Positions 39,652 to 50,108 of a stretch of 64,000 nt of DNA are shown here, piece after piece. Location: NCBI GenBank assembly GCA_963728205.1, contig CAVSIV010000001.1, positions 320,001-384,000 of the forward strand, read 5' to 3'. Below the pieces are notes generated by a model, which saw only the letters and a program-made list of their open reading frames with translations, was not told where the DNA came from and ran no database searches. The stretch comes from an uncultured Chloroflexia bacterium. Its GTDB lineage: Bacteria; Chloroflexota; Dehalococcoidia; UBA2979. Made by a program: the position numbers and the translations under genes. The first letter of the stretch is position 1, and every line of letters starts with the position of its first letter.

Positions 39652-41433
39652 TTAGGCGTCGAGCCAGTACCACATCACCGACTCGGTGCCGCCACCGTAG
39701 CCGCGGGTGCGGCGCACGCCGTGCACCCGCGCGCCGAAGCCGTCCCACGTCGTGGTCGAGCTCGACTGCGCCGGCACGTAGTACATCTGGTCGCCCTGCT
39801 TGCGCTGCATGTCGTAGAAGATCTGCGTCCGCGCCTGCGGGTCGAGCTCCACGGCCTGCTTCTTGACCAGGTCCTCCATCTCCGGCTCGAGGACGCGCCC
39901 GTGGTTGGCGGGGTCCTTCGAGAACAGCCGCTGGGCATAGCCGCCCGGGGTCAGCGTGCTCTCGAGGCCGTAGACGATGCCCTGGAAGTCGCCCAGGAAC
40001 GTGTGCGTGATGTACTTGCTGTTGTAGTCCTGCACCTCGGGCGTGAGCTTGAAGCCCGCCTCCGTGAGCATGTTGCCGGCAGCCTCCGCCAGGCTCACGA
40101 ACGTGTCGCCGTAGCGGTTCGTGTACTGGTACGGCATCGCCGTGTCGGTCACGCCCGCCGCCTGCAGCAGCTTCTTCGCCTCGTCCGGGTTGTGCTTGAA
40201 GTACTTCGTGAAGTCGCCGTTCGACGCCTGGCTCGGGTCGAGCCAGTAACGCGGCCCGAAGGCGCACGGCTCCGGGATGTTGTTCCAGCGCACGAGGATC
40301 GGCGAGTCGAAGCCGGCCGCCCGCAGCGCCTTCGCGTTGCCGGCGAGGTCGAGCAGGCCGTCGCGGTCGATGGCCATCGACGCCGCCTGGCGGACGCGCG
40401 CGTCGCGCCACGGGGCGTCGGGGCTCACGTCCTTGCCGGAGAACGCGAGCCACGACATGCCGTTGCCCGTGCCCGGCTCCCACGAGAACTTCGGGTAGCG
40501 CTTCTTCATGTCGAGCAGGTCGTTGGCGGCGATCGACGCGTGGTCCACGTTCCCGGCCTCGAACTGCGCCTTCACGGCCGCGTTCTCCGGGATGATCGCC
40601 TGCTCGATGCCGTCGAGGTACGGCAGGCCCTTCACGAAGTAGTCCGGGTGCTTCGCCATCGTCAGCTTCGACGAGGCGACGTACTCGGTCATCATGAACG
40701 GCCCGCTGCCGATCGGCTTGAGCGACGGGTCGAATCCGCCGTCGGCCTCCTGCGGCTGGATGTAGAGCAGGTTCGCGTCGGCGAGCAGCTCGTGGAACTC
40801 CGGCGAGGGTGCGGCCAGCGTGAACTTCAGCGTGTAGTCGTCGACCGCCGTCACGTCGGTGACGTTCTTCACCTGCACGCCGTTTGGCGACTTGGGGTCG
40901 CTCAGGCGCTTGAACGAGAAGACGACGTCCTGGGCGGTCATCTCGCGGCCGTTGACCGGCGCGATGTTCTGGAACTTGATGCCCTTCTTGAGCTTCACCG
41001 TCCAGTGCTGGCCGTCCTGGCCCTCGACGCTCTCGGCGGCGTCGGGCGTGGGCAGGCGGTCGAAGGGGTCGGCGCCCTCGGCCGTGTCAATCTTCATCAG
41101 GCGGCTGTAGACGTAGGCCGAGAAGGTCTTCGTCGTGAAGCTGCCGGCCTTCATCGGGTCGAGGTTGGTGGGGTCGCCGCCAATCGCGTCGCGGTAGGTG
41201 CCGCCCGACTTCGGCTGCATCGCGGCGGCGGTGCCGGAGGCGGCCGCGCTCGCCGCTGCCGTCGCCGCGCCGCCGGTGCCACCGGCTGCTGCCGTGGCGG
41301 TCGCGTCGTTGCTGCTGCCGCAGCCGATCAGTGCCGCACCGGCGAGGCCGGCACCCGCGACGCCGGCGCCGCGGAGCACCGTGCGCCGTGAGACGCGTCG
41401 CCGCGCCTGTCCCGTCCAGTAATTCGTGTCCAT
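39652..41433 (-). CDS. ABC transporter substrate-binding protein, family 5 (Tat lipoprotein)
   Basis: SRRTVL Tat motif, LIGC lipobox, NLDP, PIGSGPF, DARVRQA..MAIDR. Confidence 0.9.
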   Translation of the reverse strand: MDTNYWTGQARRRVSRRTVLRGAGVAGAGLAGAALIGCGSSNDATATAAAGGTGGAATAAASAAASGTAAAMQPKSGGTYRDAIGGDPTNLDPMKAGSFTTKTFSAYVYSRLMKIDTAEGADPFDRLPTPDAAESVEGQDGQHWTVKLKKGIKFQNIAPVNGREMTAQDVVFSFKRLSDPKSPNGVQVKNVTDVTAVDDYTLKFTLAAPSPEFHELLADANLLYIQPQEADGGFDPSLKPIGSGPFMMTEYVASSKLTMAKHPDYFVKGLPYLDGIEQAIIPENAAVKAQFEAGNVDHASIAANDLLDMKKRYPKFSWEPGTGNGMSWLAFSGKDVSPDAPWRDARVRQAASMAIDRDGLLDLAGNAKALRAAGFDSPILVRWNNIPEPCAFGPRYWLDPSQASNGDFTKYFKHNPDEAKKLLQAAGVTDTAMPYQYTNRYGDTFVSLAEAAGNMLTEAGFKLTPEVQDYNSKYITHTFLGDFQGIVYGLESTLTPGGYAQRLFSKDPANHGRVLEPEMEDLVKKQAVELDPQARTQIFYDMQRKQGDQMYYVPAQSSSTTTWDGFGARVHGVRRTRGYGGGTESVMWYWLDA

Positions 41434-41702
41434 GCAGTCCCCTCTCGTCCGGTCCGGTGAGCGAAATGGCGCGCACCCACCGCCCCCGCCGCCGGCGGAC
41501 GCGCACCACGAGGTGCGAGCCTAGGGGGCTCCCGGCGTTGGGAGACTTCACGCGGAATCAGTCCACTATTGCAATTGCTTATTAACGGGCGGCCCGCGCG
41601 ATGCGTACCGAATGTACGCGATCGCCACGCGTTCCCCATTGAGCGGTCCGGCTATTCACGCGGCGACTACATATGCAATCGAAGTGCCGACGACGCGACA
41701 CG

Positions 41703-42605
41703 TTACGGCTGTAGCCGCAGCCAGGCGCGCGAGAGCACGTACGCGCGCAGCAGACGCAGGCTCGCGGACTCGTGCGGCGTCACGCGGCTGACGAAGAAGA
41801 GCGTGCGATGCGGCGGTTCCGTGATCGGGCGCACCACCAGGTCGCGCGTGCCGGCCGCGTGCTCGCCCGGCACGATGGCGACGCCGACGCGCCGCGCCAC
41901 CAGCTCGCGGATCGCGATATGACTGTTCGAGATCACGCGGCGCTCGGGCTCGACGCCGGCCTGAGCGAACCAGCCGTCGACCTGGTTCTGCGTGAACGTC
42001 GCCGTCTGATCCTGGAAGCCGACCACCGGCTCGCCGGCAAAGTCGCGCGGCGACAGCATCTCCAATCGCTCGAAGCGGTGCCCCGGCCAGGCGAGCGCGA
42101 CGTACTCCTCCTCGTAGAAGGACTGCTTCGCCAGGCCGTCCACCGGCGCCGGATCGCTGTGCATCCCGACGTCGGCGCGACCGTAGGCGATCTCGCGGTC
42201 GAGGTCGCGCGGCGTGCGGGCCGTCACGCGCAGGTCGACGATGAGGTCGGGATGCTCCTGCTGGAAGCCAACGCAGATGTCCGGCACCGGGAACTCCGAG
42301 AGGCTGTGGCCGACGAGCATCGACAGCGTGCCGCCCGCCGCGGGGTCGCCGCCGGCGGCGAGGGCGTCGTCCAGCAGCCGCAGCTGCCGGATCACCTGGC
42401 GGGCATGGCGGTAGACGACCTCGCCCATCGGCGTGAGCTGGACCCGCCGGCCGGCCCGGCGCACGAGCGGGGAGCCGACCGTCGCCTCGAGCCGCTGCAG
42501 GCGCTGGTACACGGCGGGCTGGCTCATCGAGAGCGTGCGCGCGGCACGCGTGTAGCCGCCCTCATCCGCGACGGCGACGAGTGTCTCGAGCAGGTCGACG
42601 TTCAT
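41703..42605 (-). CDS. LysR family transcriptional regulator
   Basis: GYTRAARTLSMSQPAVYQRLQRLE HTH. Confidence 0.92.
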   Translation of the reverse strand: MNVDLLETLVAVADEGGYTRAARTLSMSQPAVYQRLQRLEATVGSPLVRRAGRRVQLTPMGEVVYRHARQVIRQLRLLDDALAAGGDPAAGGTLSMLVGHSLSEFPVPDICVGFQQEHPDLIVDLRVTARTPRDLDREIAYGRADVGMHSDPAPVDGLAKQSFYEEEYVALAWPGHRFERLEMLSPRDFAGEPVVGFQDQTATFTQNQVDGWFAQAGVEPERRVISNSHIAIRELVARRVGVAIVPGEHAAGTRDLVVRPITEPPHRTLFFVSRVTPHESASLRLLRAYVLSRAWLRLQP

Positions 42606-42738
42606 GCGCCTCCCGTGGCATTCAGCGGAACAGTGAAAGGTCGCGCCAGCATAGGCAGCGCGAATGCAGGGTCAATCGCACGCGCCGCCGGGTACTGACT
42701 CGGTTTGCGCGTGGGGAGATTCGCTAGACTGCGAGGGT

Positions 42739-43290
42739 ATGTCGGAACACCGATGCGCCCGACCGATCCCCGCGCCGCCGCATTCACCGCCGGGGGGCGC
42801 CGCGCGATCGCTGCCGGACACCCGACCGAGGCTGGTGTTGCTGTGCGGCCTGCCTGCATCGGGCAAGACGACGCTCGCGCGCGAGCTTGCGCATGCCTAT
42901 GGCGCGGTGCGGCTCAACCCGGATGAGTGGGAGCTGGCGCTCGACGTCGATCCGTTCGACGAGGGCTTCCAGGCCAGGCTCGAAGCGGAGTTCTGGAAAC
43001 TGACGCAGCGGCTCCTCGAGCTGGGAACCTCGGTGGTGCTCGAGTGGGGTTTCTGGGCTCGCTCGGAGCGCGACGAGAAGCGCGAGGCCGCACGAACGCT
43101 CGGGACAGCCGTCGAACTCCGTTTCCTCGATGCGCCCTACGACGAGCTGGTGCGGCGGGTCGTGGCTCGTCACGCCGCCGGCGGCATCGCCATCACCGAG
43201 CGTCACATGGAGCGGTATCGAGGCATCTTCGAGCCGCCGACTGACGACGAGCTCGCCCTCTACGACCCCCCGCTCCCAGATTCGAACTAG
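42739..43290 (+). CDS. AAA_33-type P-loop kinase
   Basis: LLCGLPASGKTT, DEW, VVLEWGFW.R.ER. Confidence 0.85.
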   Translation: MSEHRCARPIPAPPHSPPGGAARSLPDTRPRLVLLCGLPASGKTTLARELAHAYGAVRLNPDEWELALDVDPFDEGFQARLEAEFWKLTQRLLELGTSVVLEWGFWARSERDEKREAARTLGTAVELRFLDAPYDELVRRVVARHAAGGIAITERHMERYRGIFEPPTDDELALYDPPLPDSN

Positions 43291-43945
43291 GACACTGCCC
43301 GCGGCCGGCGCACGCCCGGACGTGCTCGTCGTACGCGAGCGCAGCCAGCCCGGCGCCCCCGCGTCGACGTCATCGACCGATTCCAGCGCGATGCGCGTTG
43401 ATGGCCGCGTTCCCGACGCCGGCGGCCGCTCGCAGCCGCGACCGCGCCGGGCCGGCGAGCCGCTCCCAGGTTCGGATCTCCGCGGGATGGTGGCCGGTCG
43501 ACCCGGGCGACCTGCGAGCCGATCGCAGCCTCACTGCGGCTGCGTGAACGCGATCGCAACCGGTCGCCTCCTACCGTGGAGGCGTCTCGCCAGAGACCGC
43601 CGCGACGCACCACATCGGAGGCTTGCTGTGCGGATACGACACTCGAACGACCCCGTGCCCGCGGCGCGGCCCGGCAACGGCGGGACCGCGTTCGGCATCG
43701 CCGGGCCGACCCACCTGCCCCACTCCACATCGCGGCGGCGCCCGCCGACCGCGCGCTCGGCGCCGGATCTGCTCCACGTTGCGCACCCGTCGCCGCCGCG
43801 ACACACCTGCGCGGGCGGCGGCCGCGGTACGCGATCGTGCCTGCGCGAGACGTGGCACCGCCCCGCTTCGCCGCCACCCGACGCCTAGCGTGAGCGGCTC
43901 CTCCCGGCGAGTGCAGCCGCGCGACCCCGTGTGCGGCCGGCGCGT

Positions 43946-44981
43946 ATGACCGAATCGTTGCGCGATCGCCTCGGCGCGAAGGACCTGTCGCTCGCCGATG
44001 CGATCGCGGGCGTGATCGCAGCCGCGGATGCTCTCGCGGCAGAGCACGCGCGGGGCGTCACACGCGGCCGGCTCGCACCCGAGGACTGCCTGCTCGGGCG
44101 TCGCGGCCGTGTGACGCTGCGCGCCCCGTCGCCTGCACCGGCGGGCGTCGACGCGGCGCGATATGCGGCGCCCGAGGTCGTGGCCGGGGCCCCGGCCGGC
44201 GTGGAGGCCGGCGTCCACTCGCTCGGCGCGATCCTCTACGCGCTGCTCTGCGGCGAGCCGCCGGCGCGGCCGGTGCCGCGCGCGCCGAGCGCGATCAACC
44301 CGGCGGTGCCCGCGGGCGTCGAGCGCGTGGTGCTGCGAGCGCTCGCGTCGCAGCCCGGCGAGCGGTACGCGAGCGCCGCCGCGTTCCGCGACGCGCTCGC
44401 CGGCGCCGCGCGCGAGCGCCCGGGGTTGCCGATGCCGGCCGTCCGGCCGCGGTCGTCGGCTCCACCCGCGGCGCCGGTGCCTCCGCCCGGCGCGGCGGGC
44501 GGGCGCGCCGGGCGCCTGGTGCTCGGCGTCGCGACGGCGCTCGCGCTCGCAGCAGCGACCGTGCTGCTGCTGGGGACGGGCGGGGCGGCGAGCGCGCTCG
44601 GTGGGCTGCACCTCTTTCACCCGTCGGATTCCGGGGGGGCTCCCCGCCGCCGCGGCGACGGCCACCCTCTCGCCCGTCGTGACGTCGACGGCGCCGGCGT
44701 CGCAGCCGTCGGCGGTCGCGTCCGCCGCCGCATCCCCGCGCCTCCCCACGCGGACGCGCACCGCACCCACGACGGCGCCCGCCACACCGCCCTCGCCCAC
44801 GCCGCCCCCCACCGCTTCGCCCACTCCGACGACGACGCCCGCGGCGTCGCCCTCGGCCGTCGCGACCGCGCCTCCCACGACCAGCCCCGCGCCGTCGCCG
44901 ACTGCGACGCCGACGCCGACCGCGGTGGCGGCCACCGCGCCGGCCGTCGTGACGACCGCCACCCCGGCGCCCACGCCGTAG
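43946..44981 (+). CDS. Membrane-anchored Ser/Thr pseudokinase (C-lobe only) with Pro/Thr-rich tail, frameshifted at ~44630
   Basis: YAAPE, SLGAILYALLCGEPP, RY.SA; TM helix; Pro/Thr tail in the alternative frame ending at 44981; one-base deletion gives 344 aa. Confidence 0.7.
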
Positions 44982-45068
44982 TCGACGGTCAGCCGGCGCC
45001 TGAATCGGACGAGCGCCCGACGCTGCGCGCCTCCGCTCGTGGCGCTCGCGGTGCAGGGGTGACGTCGG

Positions 45069-46653
45069 CTAGTCGAGCAGGCCGTGCTCCATCGCGAAGA
45101 GGGCGGCCGCGGCGCGCGTGGAGACCTCGACCTTCGCGTAGATGTGCTCGAGGTGCGCGCGCACCGTGCTCTCGCTCACCACGAGGCGGGCCGCGACCTC
45201 GCGGCGGGTGAGGCCGCGCGCCGCGAGGCGCAGCACGTCGACCTCGCGGTCGGTGAGGCCGGCGGGCCAGCGGGCGGCCGGCGGCCGCGCACCGGGCCCG
45301 CGGTGCGCGGCCGCCGCATCCGGGGCACCGCAGACGGCGCCGAGCGCTGCGAACACGCGCGGGTCGTACCGCGTGCCGACCTCGTCCCGCATCGACTCGA
45401 GCGCATCCCGCGCCGCCTGCGCCGCGTGATCGGGCGCGTCGTGCGTGAGATTGTCGAAGCGGTCGACGGCGGCGACCACGCGTGCGCCGAGCGGGATTCT
45501 GTGCGCCGGCGAGACCGTGCGGGAACCCGGAGCCGTCGAGGTGCTCGTGGTGCGCGGCCGCGATCGCCGCGATGCGTTCGTGGCCGGGCATGCGCAGCAG
45601 GATGCGTTGCGTGTGGCGCGGGTGCAGCTCGAACGCGTCGCGCTCGGCCGCCGAGCGCTCGGCGCGCGGCTTCTCCAGCACCCACGACGGGATCCCCACC
45701 TGGCCGACGTCGTGCACCAGGGCTGCCAGCCGGATCTCGCCGACGTCGGCGGCCGGCAGGCCGAGGTGCTCCGCGACGCGCTCCGCGAGGCCAGCGACGC
45801 GCCGGGAGTGGCCCCCCATGTGCGGCGCCTTCATGTCGGTGAAGTCCGCGAGGTAGGCGGTCACCGCCTCGGCGAATGCTTCGGGCGCGGCCACCGTCCC
45901 GCCCTCCGGCTCGAGCGCGCGCACGGCTGACCAGACGCCCTCGCTCTCCAGCGGCTCCCAGAAGCCGGTGCGCTCCGCCGCCGCCAGGAACGCGTCGACC
46001 ACGACGGGCGAGAAGGCAACGCCGCGCCGGTCGCGTGCGAGCTCCAGCGCGAGGTCGGGACCGCCGCGCTGGTGGAAGACCTCGAGGAAGATCGCCGCGT
46101 GCACGGCGCTCGCCGGGACCGGGATGTCCTCGCCGGCGAGGCCGGCCGGCATGCCCTTGCCGTCCCAGCGCTCGAACGCGTGACCGAGCGTCTCGCGCAC
46201 GCCGACCGGCATGCCGAGCCGCCGGGCGAAGCGCTGCGCGACCTCGATGGTGTTCGCGAGCCCCTCGCGGAAGAACGCGTCCTTGCGCCGCGACACGTCG
46301 ACCATGCGAAACACCCGGCGCGGCAGCGAGGCGTCGCGCGCGACGTATCGCGCCATCCAGTTCAGGGTGTCGAGCTGCCTCGTGAAGTCCGAGTAGAACA
46401 GCAGCGCGCGGCGCGCGGCGATCTCGTCGCCGAGGAAGTGGTTCGCCAGCTGGCTCGTCCACGCGGTGCAGCCCGCGTCGGTGAGCAGGCCGGCGTAGTA
46501 GACGTCGCGGCGCTCGTGCGGCGCGAGACCGAGCTCGTCGGCGATGCGCGAGGCGATGTAGCAGCAGCGCGCCGCGTGCTCGCCGGGCAGGCCCATCGCG
46601 AGGTCGGCGGCCATCGAGACGGCCTCGAGGAAGTCGACGGTCTGAACCGGCAT
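45069..46653 (-). CDS. HD-GYP domain protein with C-terminal LuxR HTH, frameshifted at ~45497
   Basis: FERWDGKG.P, GHSRRVA, VHDVG, HHEHLDGSGFP; LTDREVDVL HTH in ORF 45069..45479; one-base deletion gives 527 aa. Confidence 0.85.
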
Positions 46654-46946
46654 CGCCACCCCCACGCGGCGACGCGCGGCCCCCGCGTACCGATGCTGCA
46701 ACGCCGTGTCAACCGCGGGCCGGTACGGGGCGGTACGCGCGGGACCGGCGCCCCGTTCGTGCGAATGGCGGGCGCCGGCTGCGCGGAACCGCGAGGCCGG
46801 TCGTGACCTTGGTCCGTGACCCCGTCGCGCGCGGGCGGCCACCCTGTACCCATGGCCCGCATGCGTCCCACCGGAAGCGGTTTGCACCGCGGCGCGGATG
46901 TCACGGTGCCGACGCCTCCCGTCGCCGACGGGGGAAGGAAGCGATC

Positions 46947-47213
46947 ATGTCCGGGGAGACCGTCGCCGGGTTGTGGGGCTGGATCGCGATGGTGGGCGTC
47001 CTCACCGTCGTGTGGACCGCGGCCGTGCTCGTGATCGCGTGGCAGCTGCGGCCCGGAACCGATCGCAGCCGCGGCGCCGGCCGTGCCTGCCGCGACGACG
47101 CGCTCGCGGTCGCCCAGCGCGCCTACGTGCGCGGCGAGCTGACGCACGATCGCTACCTCGAGGTCGTGGCGGACCTCCACGGCGCGGTGCCCCGCCCGCA
47201 CACGAGCGGCTGA
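46947..47213 (+). CDS. Small membrane protein with SHOCT-like domain
   Basis: TM helix then ALAVAQRAYVRGELTHDRY; RBS AAGGA. Confidence 0.7.
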   Translation: MSGETVAGLWGWIAMVGVLTVVWTAAVLVIAWQLRPGTDRSRGAGRACRDDALAVAQRAYVRGELTHDRYLEVVADLHGAVPRPHTSG

Positions 47214-47306
47214 GGGGGCGCCGCCGGCGCGAGCGGCCGTCGTGCGGCTGCGGCGTGCCCGAGCCGAACGCGATCGTTCATCGACCCGCGGATCGCACCT
47301 GACGCC

Positions 47307-47355
47307 GGCGGCGGCAAGACGCCGCCGATCTGTCGGCGGCATGTCTGCCGCCGCT
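47307..47355. repeat. REP-like palindrome doublet (CGGCGGCA-N4-TGCCGCCG family)
   Basis: ggcggcggcaagacgccgccga and gtcggcggcatgtctgccgccgct between convergent genes. Confidence 0.75.
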
Positions 47356-47417
47356 GCGCGTGCGGCGGGGAAGCCGGACGGCCCGCAATCCGGCCGGCCC
47401 GAGAGCCGGGCGGGAGG

Positions 47418-48494
47418 CTAACTCGCCGGCGCGTCGGGCAACTCGAGCGGCGGGTACATCGGGATGCCCGACGAGAACGCCTCGCGCATCGTCATGCCGT
47501 AGTCGCGCTCGATGTCGCCGAGGTTCCAGGCCTGCCGCTTGTAGTTCCAGTTGTCCGGTTTGAGCTCATGTGCGCGCTTGAAGTGGCCGATCGCCGCCTC
47601 GGGCTGTCCGTGCTCGTGCAGGTACACGCCGAGCCGGAAGTGCGCATTCGCCTCGCCGTTCGCCGGGTCGGGCGCACCCATGCGCCGAGCGGTCTCGGCC
47701 GCCGCCGTGACGTAGACGCTCGCCGCGCCGTTGTGCACCCAGTCGCGCACGGCGTTGAGATACGCCTCGTTGACGGTCGTCTCGCCGGTCTCGCGGTTGC
47801 GGCGCTGGATGTAGATGGGGTCGTTCGCGCGGACGATGCGGCCCGACTCGTCGATCCAGAACGCGGCCGGCACGTTGCGGGTGTTGTAGCGCTCGGGCAC
47901 GACGTGGTTGGTGTCGATGAGCGACGGGTGCGCGGGGTGTGCGGCGGTGATAAACGGCTCGGCGGCCGCGGCGCCCTTCGTGTCACACGCGACCGTGATC
48001 AGCTCGAAGCCGTCGTCCTGGAGCTCATTGCGCAGCGCCTGCCAGACCGGCAGGTCGAAGCGGCAGCCTCACCACGAGGCCCACGCGAGCAGGAACACCT
48101 TCTTGCCGCGATGGTCCGAGAGCCGGTGGACGCGGCCGTCGAGGTCGGGCAGCGCGAAGTCGGGCGCCGTGAGCGTGAGCATGCGCGTCTGCGCGTCGCT
48201 CGATGGCGCGCCGAAGTACCAGGCGCCGGCGTCGTCGTCGTGGGCGACGGGCTGGCCCATGTAGCGTGCGAACGCCGCGAGGTTGAGGGCGGCCTCGGCG
48301 CCGTCGTCGCGGACCATCGCGGCGCGGTCGCCGACGACGGGCACGCAGACCTCGGCGCGGCAGATGCCCTCGGGCTTGATCTCCCAGTCGGTGGCGGCGG
48401 CGAGGTCGGTCGCCGACAGCCAGAGGTCGTCGCCGTCGGCCTGGGCGCCGGGGAGCGTGGTGGGCCGATTGCCGTAGATGACCGTCGCGGGCAT
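47418..48494 (-). CDS. Predicted selenoprotein: ResA/TlpA-like redoxin with WASW-U-GC motif and C-terminal TPR
   Basis: ORFs 48069..48515 and 47418..47900 are one frame joined through TGA 48069-48071: APDFALPDLDG..LLAWASW*GCRFDLPVWQ. Confidence 0.85.
48038..48054 (-). promoter_or_regulatory. SECIS-like hairpin
   Basis: CCTGCC-GGTCT-GGCAGG, 14 nt after the UGA. Confidence 0.75.
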
Positions 48495-48576
48495 GGGGCG
48501 CCTCCGTCGAAGCATGGTTGGGGAGCCGGCGCATGGTACGCGCCTGCGGGGCGGCGGGAGGGGGCTGGTCGGGCGG

Positions 48577-48777
48577 TCAGCTCGGCGTGCGGCGGCGCAG
48601 CCCGGAGGCGACCAGCGCCAGCCCGAGCGCGGCGACGACCGCCCCGATCAGCAGCCACTGCGAGTGGCCGCTCATCGCGTTGCCGCCGAGCACTCCGCCG
48701 CCCTGCAGCGCCCACACGAGTCCGGCGAGCAGGAGCAGCCCCCCGCCGATCAACCTGATGACGCGCACCCGAGCCAT
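48577..48777 (-). CDS. Small two-TM membrane protein
   Basis: GLVWALQG.G.LGG..MSG..QW; two hydrophobic helices. Confidence 0.7.
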   Translation of the reverse strand: MARVRVIRLIGGGLLLLAGLVWALQGGGVLGGNAMSGHSQWLLIGAVVAALGLALVASGLRRRTPS

Positions 48778-48822
48778 GGTCGCCGCCTTCCGCGGTGGGG
48801 GTCGTGGGTTGCCGGCCGGCCG

Positions 48823-49380
48823 CTAGTAGCCGTAGCCGCCGGCACTGCCCGCGCTCGAAGACGGCGCGGACGTGGCGCCCGCTCCCATCGCGCGCGCCAG
48901 CGACCAGACGCCGCCGACGCCGTCGCCGCTTGTCTGACCGGCCTGCGCGTCGCCGGCGTAGTAGTACAGCGGCATGCCGTCGAGGGTCACCTGGCGGTCG
49001 CCGTCGGCGCGTGCGATCGTCCCGAGCTTGCCGGCGACGCCGGACGCGGCCGACGGCGCGCCCGTCACCTCGAGCGGCGGCCAGTTCTGCGCGCAGCCGC
49101 CCGAGCAGTTGCTCGTCCCGGCGGTGTCGCGCGCGTAGACGTAGAGCGCGTGGCCGGTCGGGCCGACGAGGTGCAGGTGCGCGGGGTCGCCGGCGAGCGC
49201 AAGCGTGACGCCGGACCCCGCGGTGGCGGCGGGTGCCGCGGCCGTCGCGGTCGAGGCCGACGCGGCGCCGCCGCTCGAGCCGTAGCCGCCGGAGCAGGCC
49301 GCGAGCACGGCGGCCGCGAGCAGCGCGGCGGCGGCGCCGAGCGCGCGCGTCCATCGGAATTCTGACGTGCTCCGGGGCAT
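48823..49380 (-). CDS. Secreted lipoprotein with Lipoprotein_15 (COG4315) repeats
   Basis: Lipobox LAAC; ALY.Y..D, CSGGCAQNWPP, QVT..G.PLYYYAGD, GDGVGGVW. Confidence 0.85.
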   Translation of the reverse strand: MPRSTSEFRWTRALGAAAALLAAAVLAACSGGYGSSGGAASASTATAAAPAATAGSGVTLALAGDPAHLHLVGPTGHALYVYARDTAGTSNCSGGCAQNWPPLEVTGAPSAASGVAGKLGTIARADGDRQVTLDGMPLYYYAGDAQAGQTSGDGVGGVWSLARAMGAGATSAPSSSAGSAGGYGY

Positions 49381-49519
49381 AGGGGTCTCCTCGGTGGGTG
49401 GGGCGCTCGACAGTGTCTCGCGCGGGCGGCCCGCCCGGATCACCGGGCGCCCGGGCAGAACCGGACGGGAAGCGTCGCGGCGCGCTAGTGTGCTCGCCGC
49501 GCAGGAGGAGGAACCGCCC

Positions 49520-50104
49520 ATGGCACGCATGCGTCCGCTGACGAAGGACGAGGTCCCCGACGACATCCGCGCGGTGCTCGACGCCGGTGAGCGCTGGCTC
49601 GGCGAGACACCGCTATCGACCGGCATCCAGGCGCGCACCCCGGCGATCCTCGACGCCAGCCGCGCGCTCGGCGCCGCGCCGGCGAAGAGCGGGCTGCTCG
49701 ACCCCCAGCTGCGCGCGCTGGTGTGCCTGCGCGCGGCGGAGATGATCGGCTGCCCGTTCTGAATGGACACCAACACTGCCGGGAGCAGTGTCAGCGGGGC
49801 ATCGGACGACAAGATCGCCGCGCTCGAGGCGTTTCGCACGAGCGACCTCTTCACGCCGGCCGAGCGCGCGGCGCTCGAGCTGGCGGAGGCGATGACCCAC
49901 ACGCCGCCGGACGTCACCGACGCCATGTTCGACGCCGTGCGCGCGCACTTCGGCGAGGCGGAGACGGTGGAGCTGGTGGCGACGATCGCGATGGAGAACT
50001 ACCGCGCGCGCTTCAACCGCGCGTTCGACGTCGAGGCGCAGGGGCTGTGCCGGCTCCGCGGTATCACCCCGCCGCCGGCGTTGCGGGAGCGCGAGAGGGA
50101 GTGA
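49520..50104 (+). CDS. Predicted selenoprotein: AhpD/carboxymuconolactone decarboxylase family (CPF-U)
   Basis: In-frame TGA 49760-49762 in GCPF*MD; both halves are CMD-like; RBS GGAGGAGG. Confidence 0.85.
49773..49791 (+). promoter_or_regulatory. SECIS-like hairpin
   Basis: ACACTGC-CGGGA-GCAGTGT, 10 nt after the UGA. Confidence 0.7.
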
Positions 50105-50108
50105 CGCG

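Noticed and set aside
44633-44639. Phase variation at a G7 tract
   Set aside because: Possible, but the adjacent GATTC explains the shift by the same edit as two other genes, which is more parsimonious
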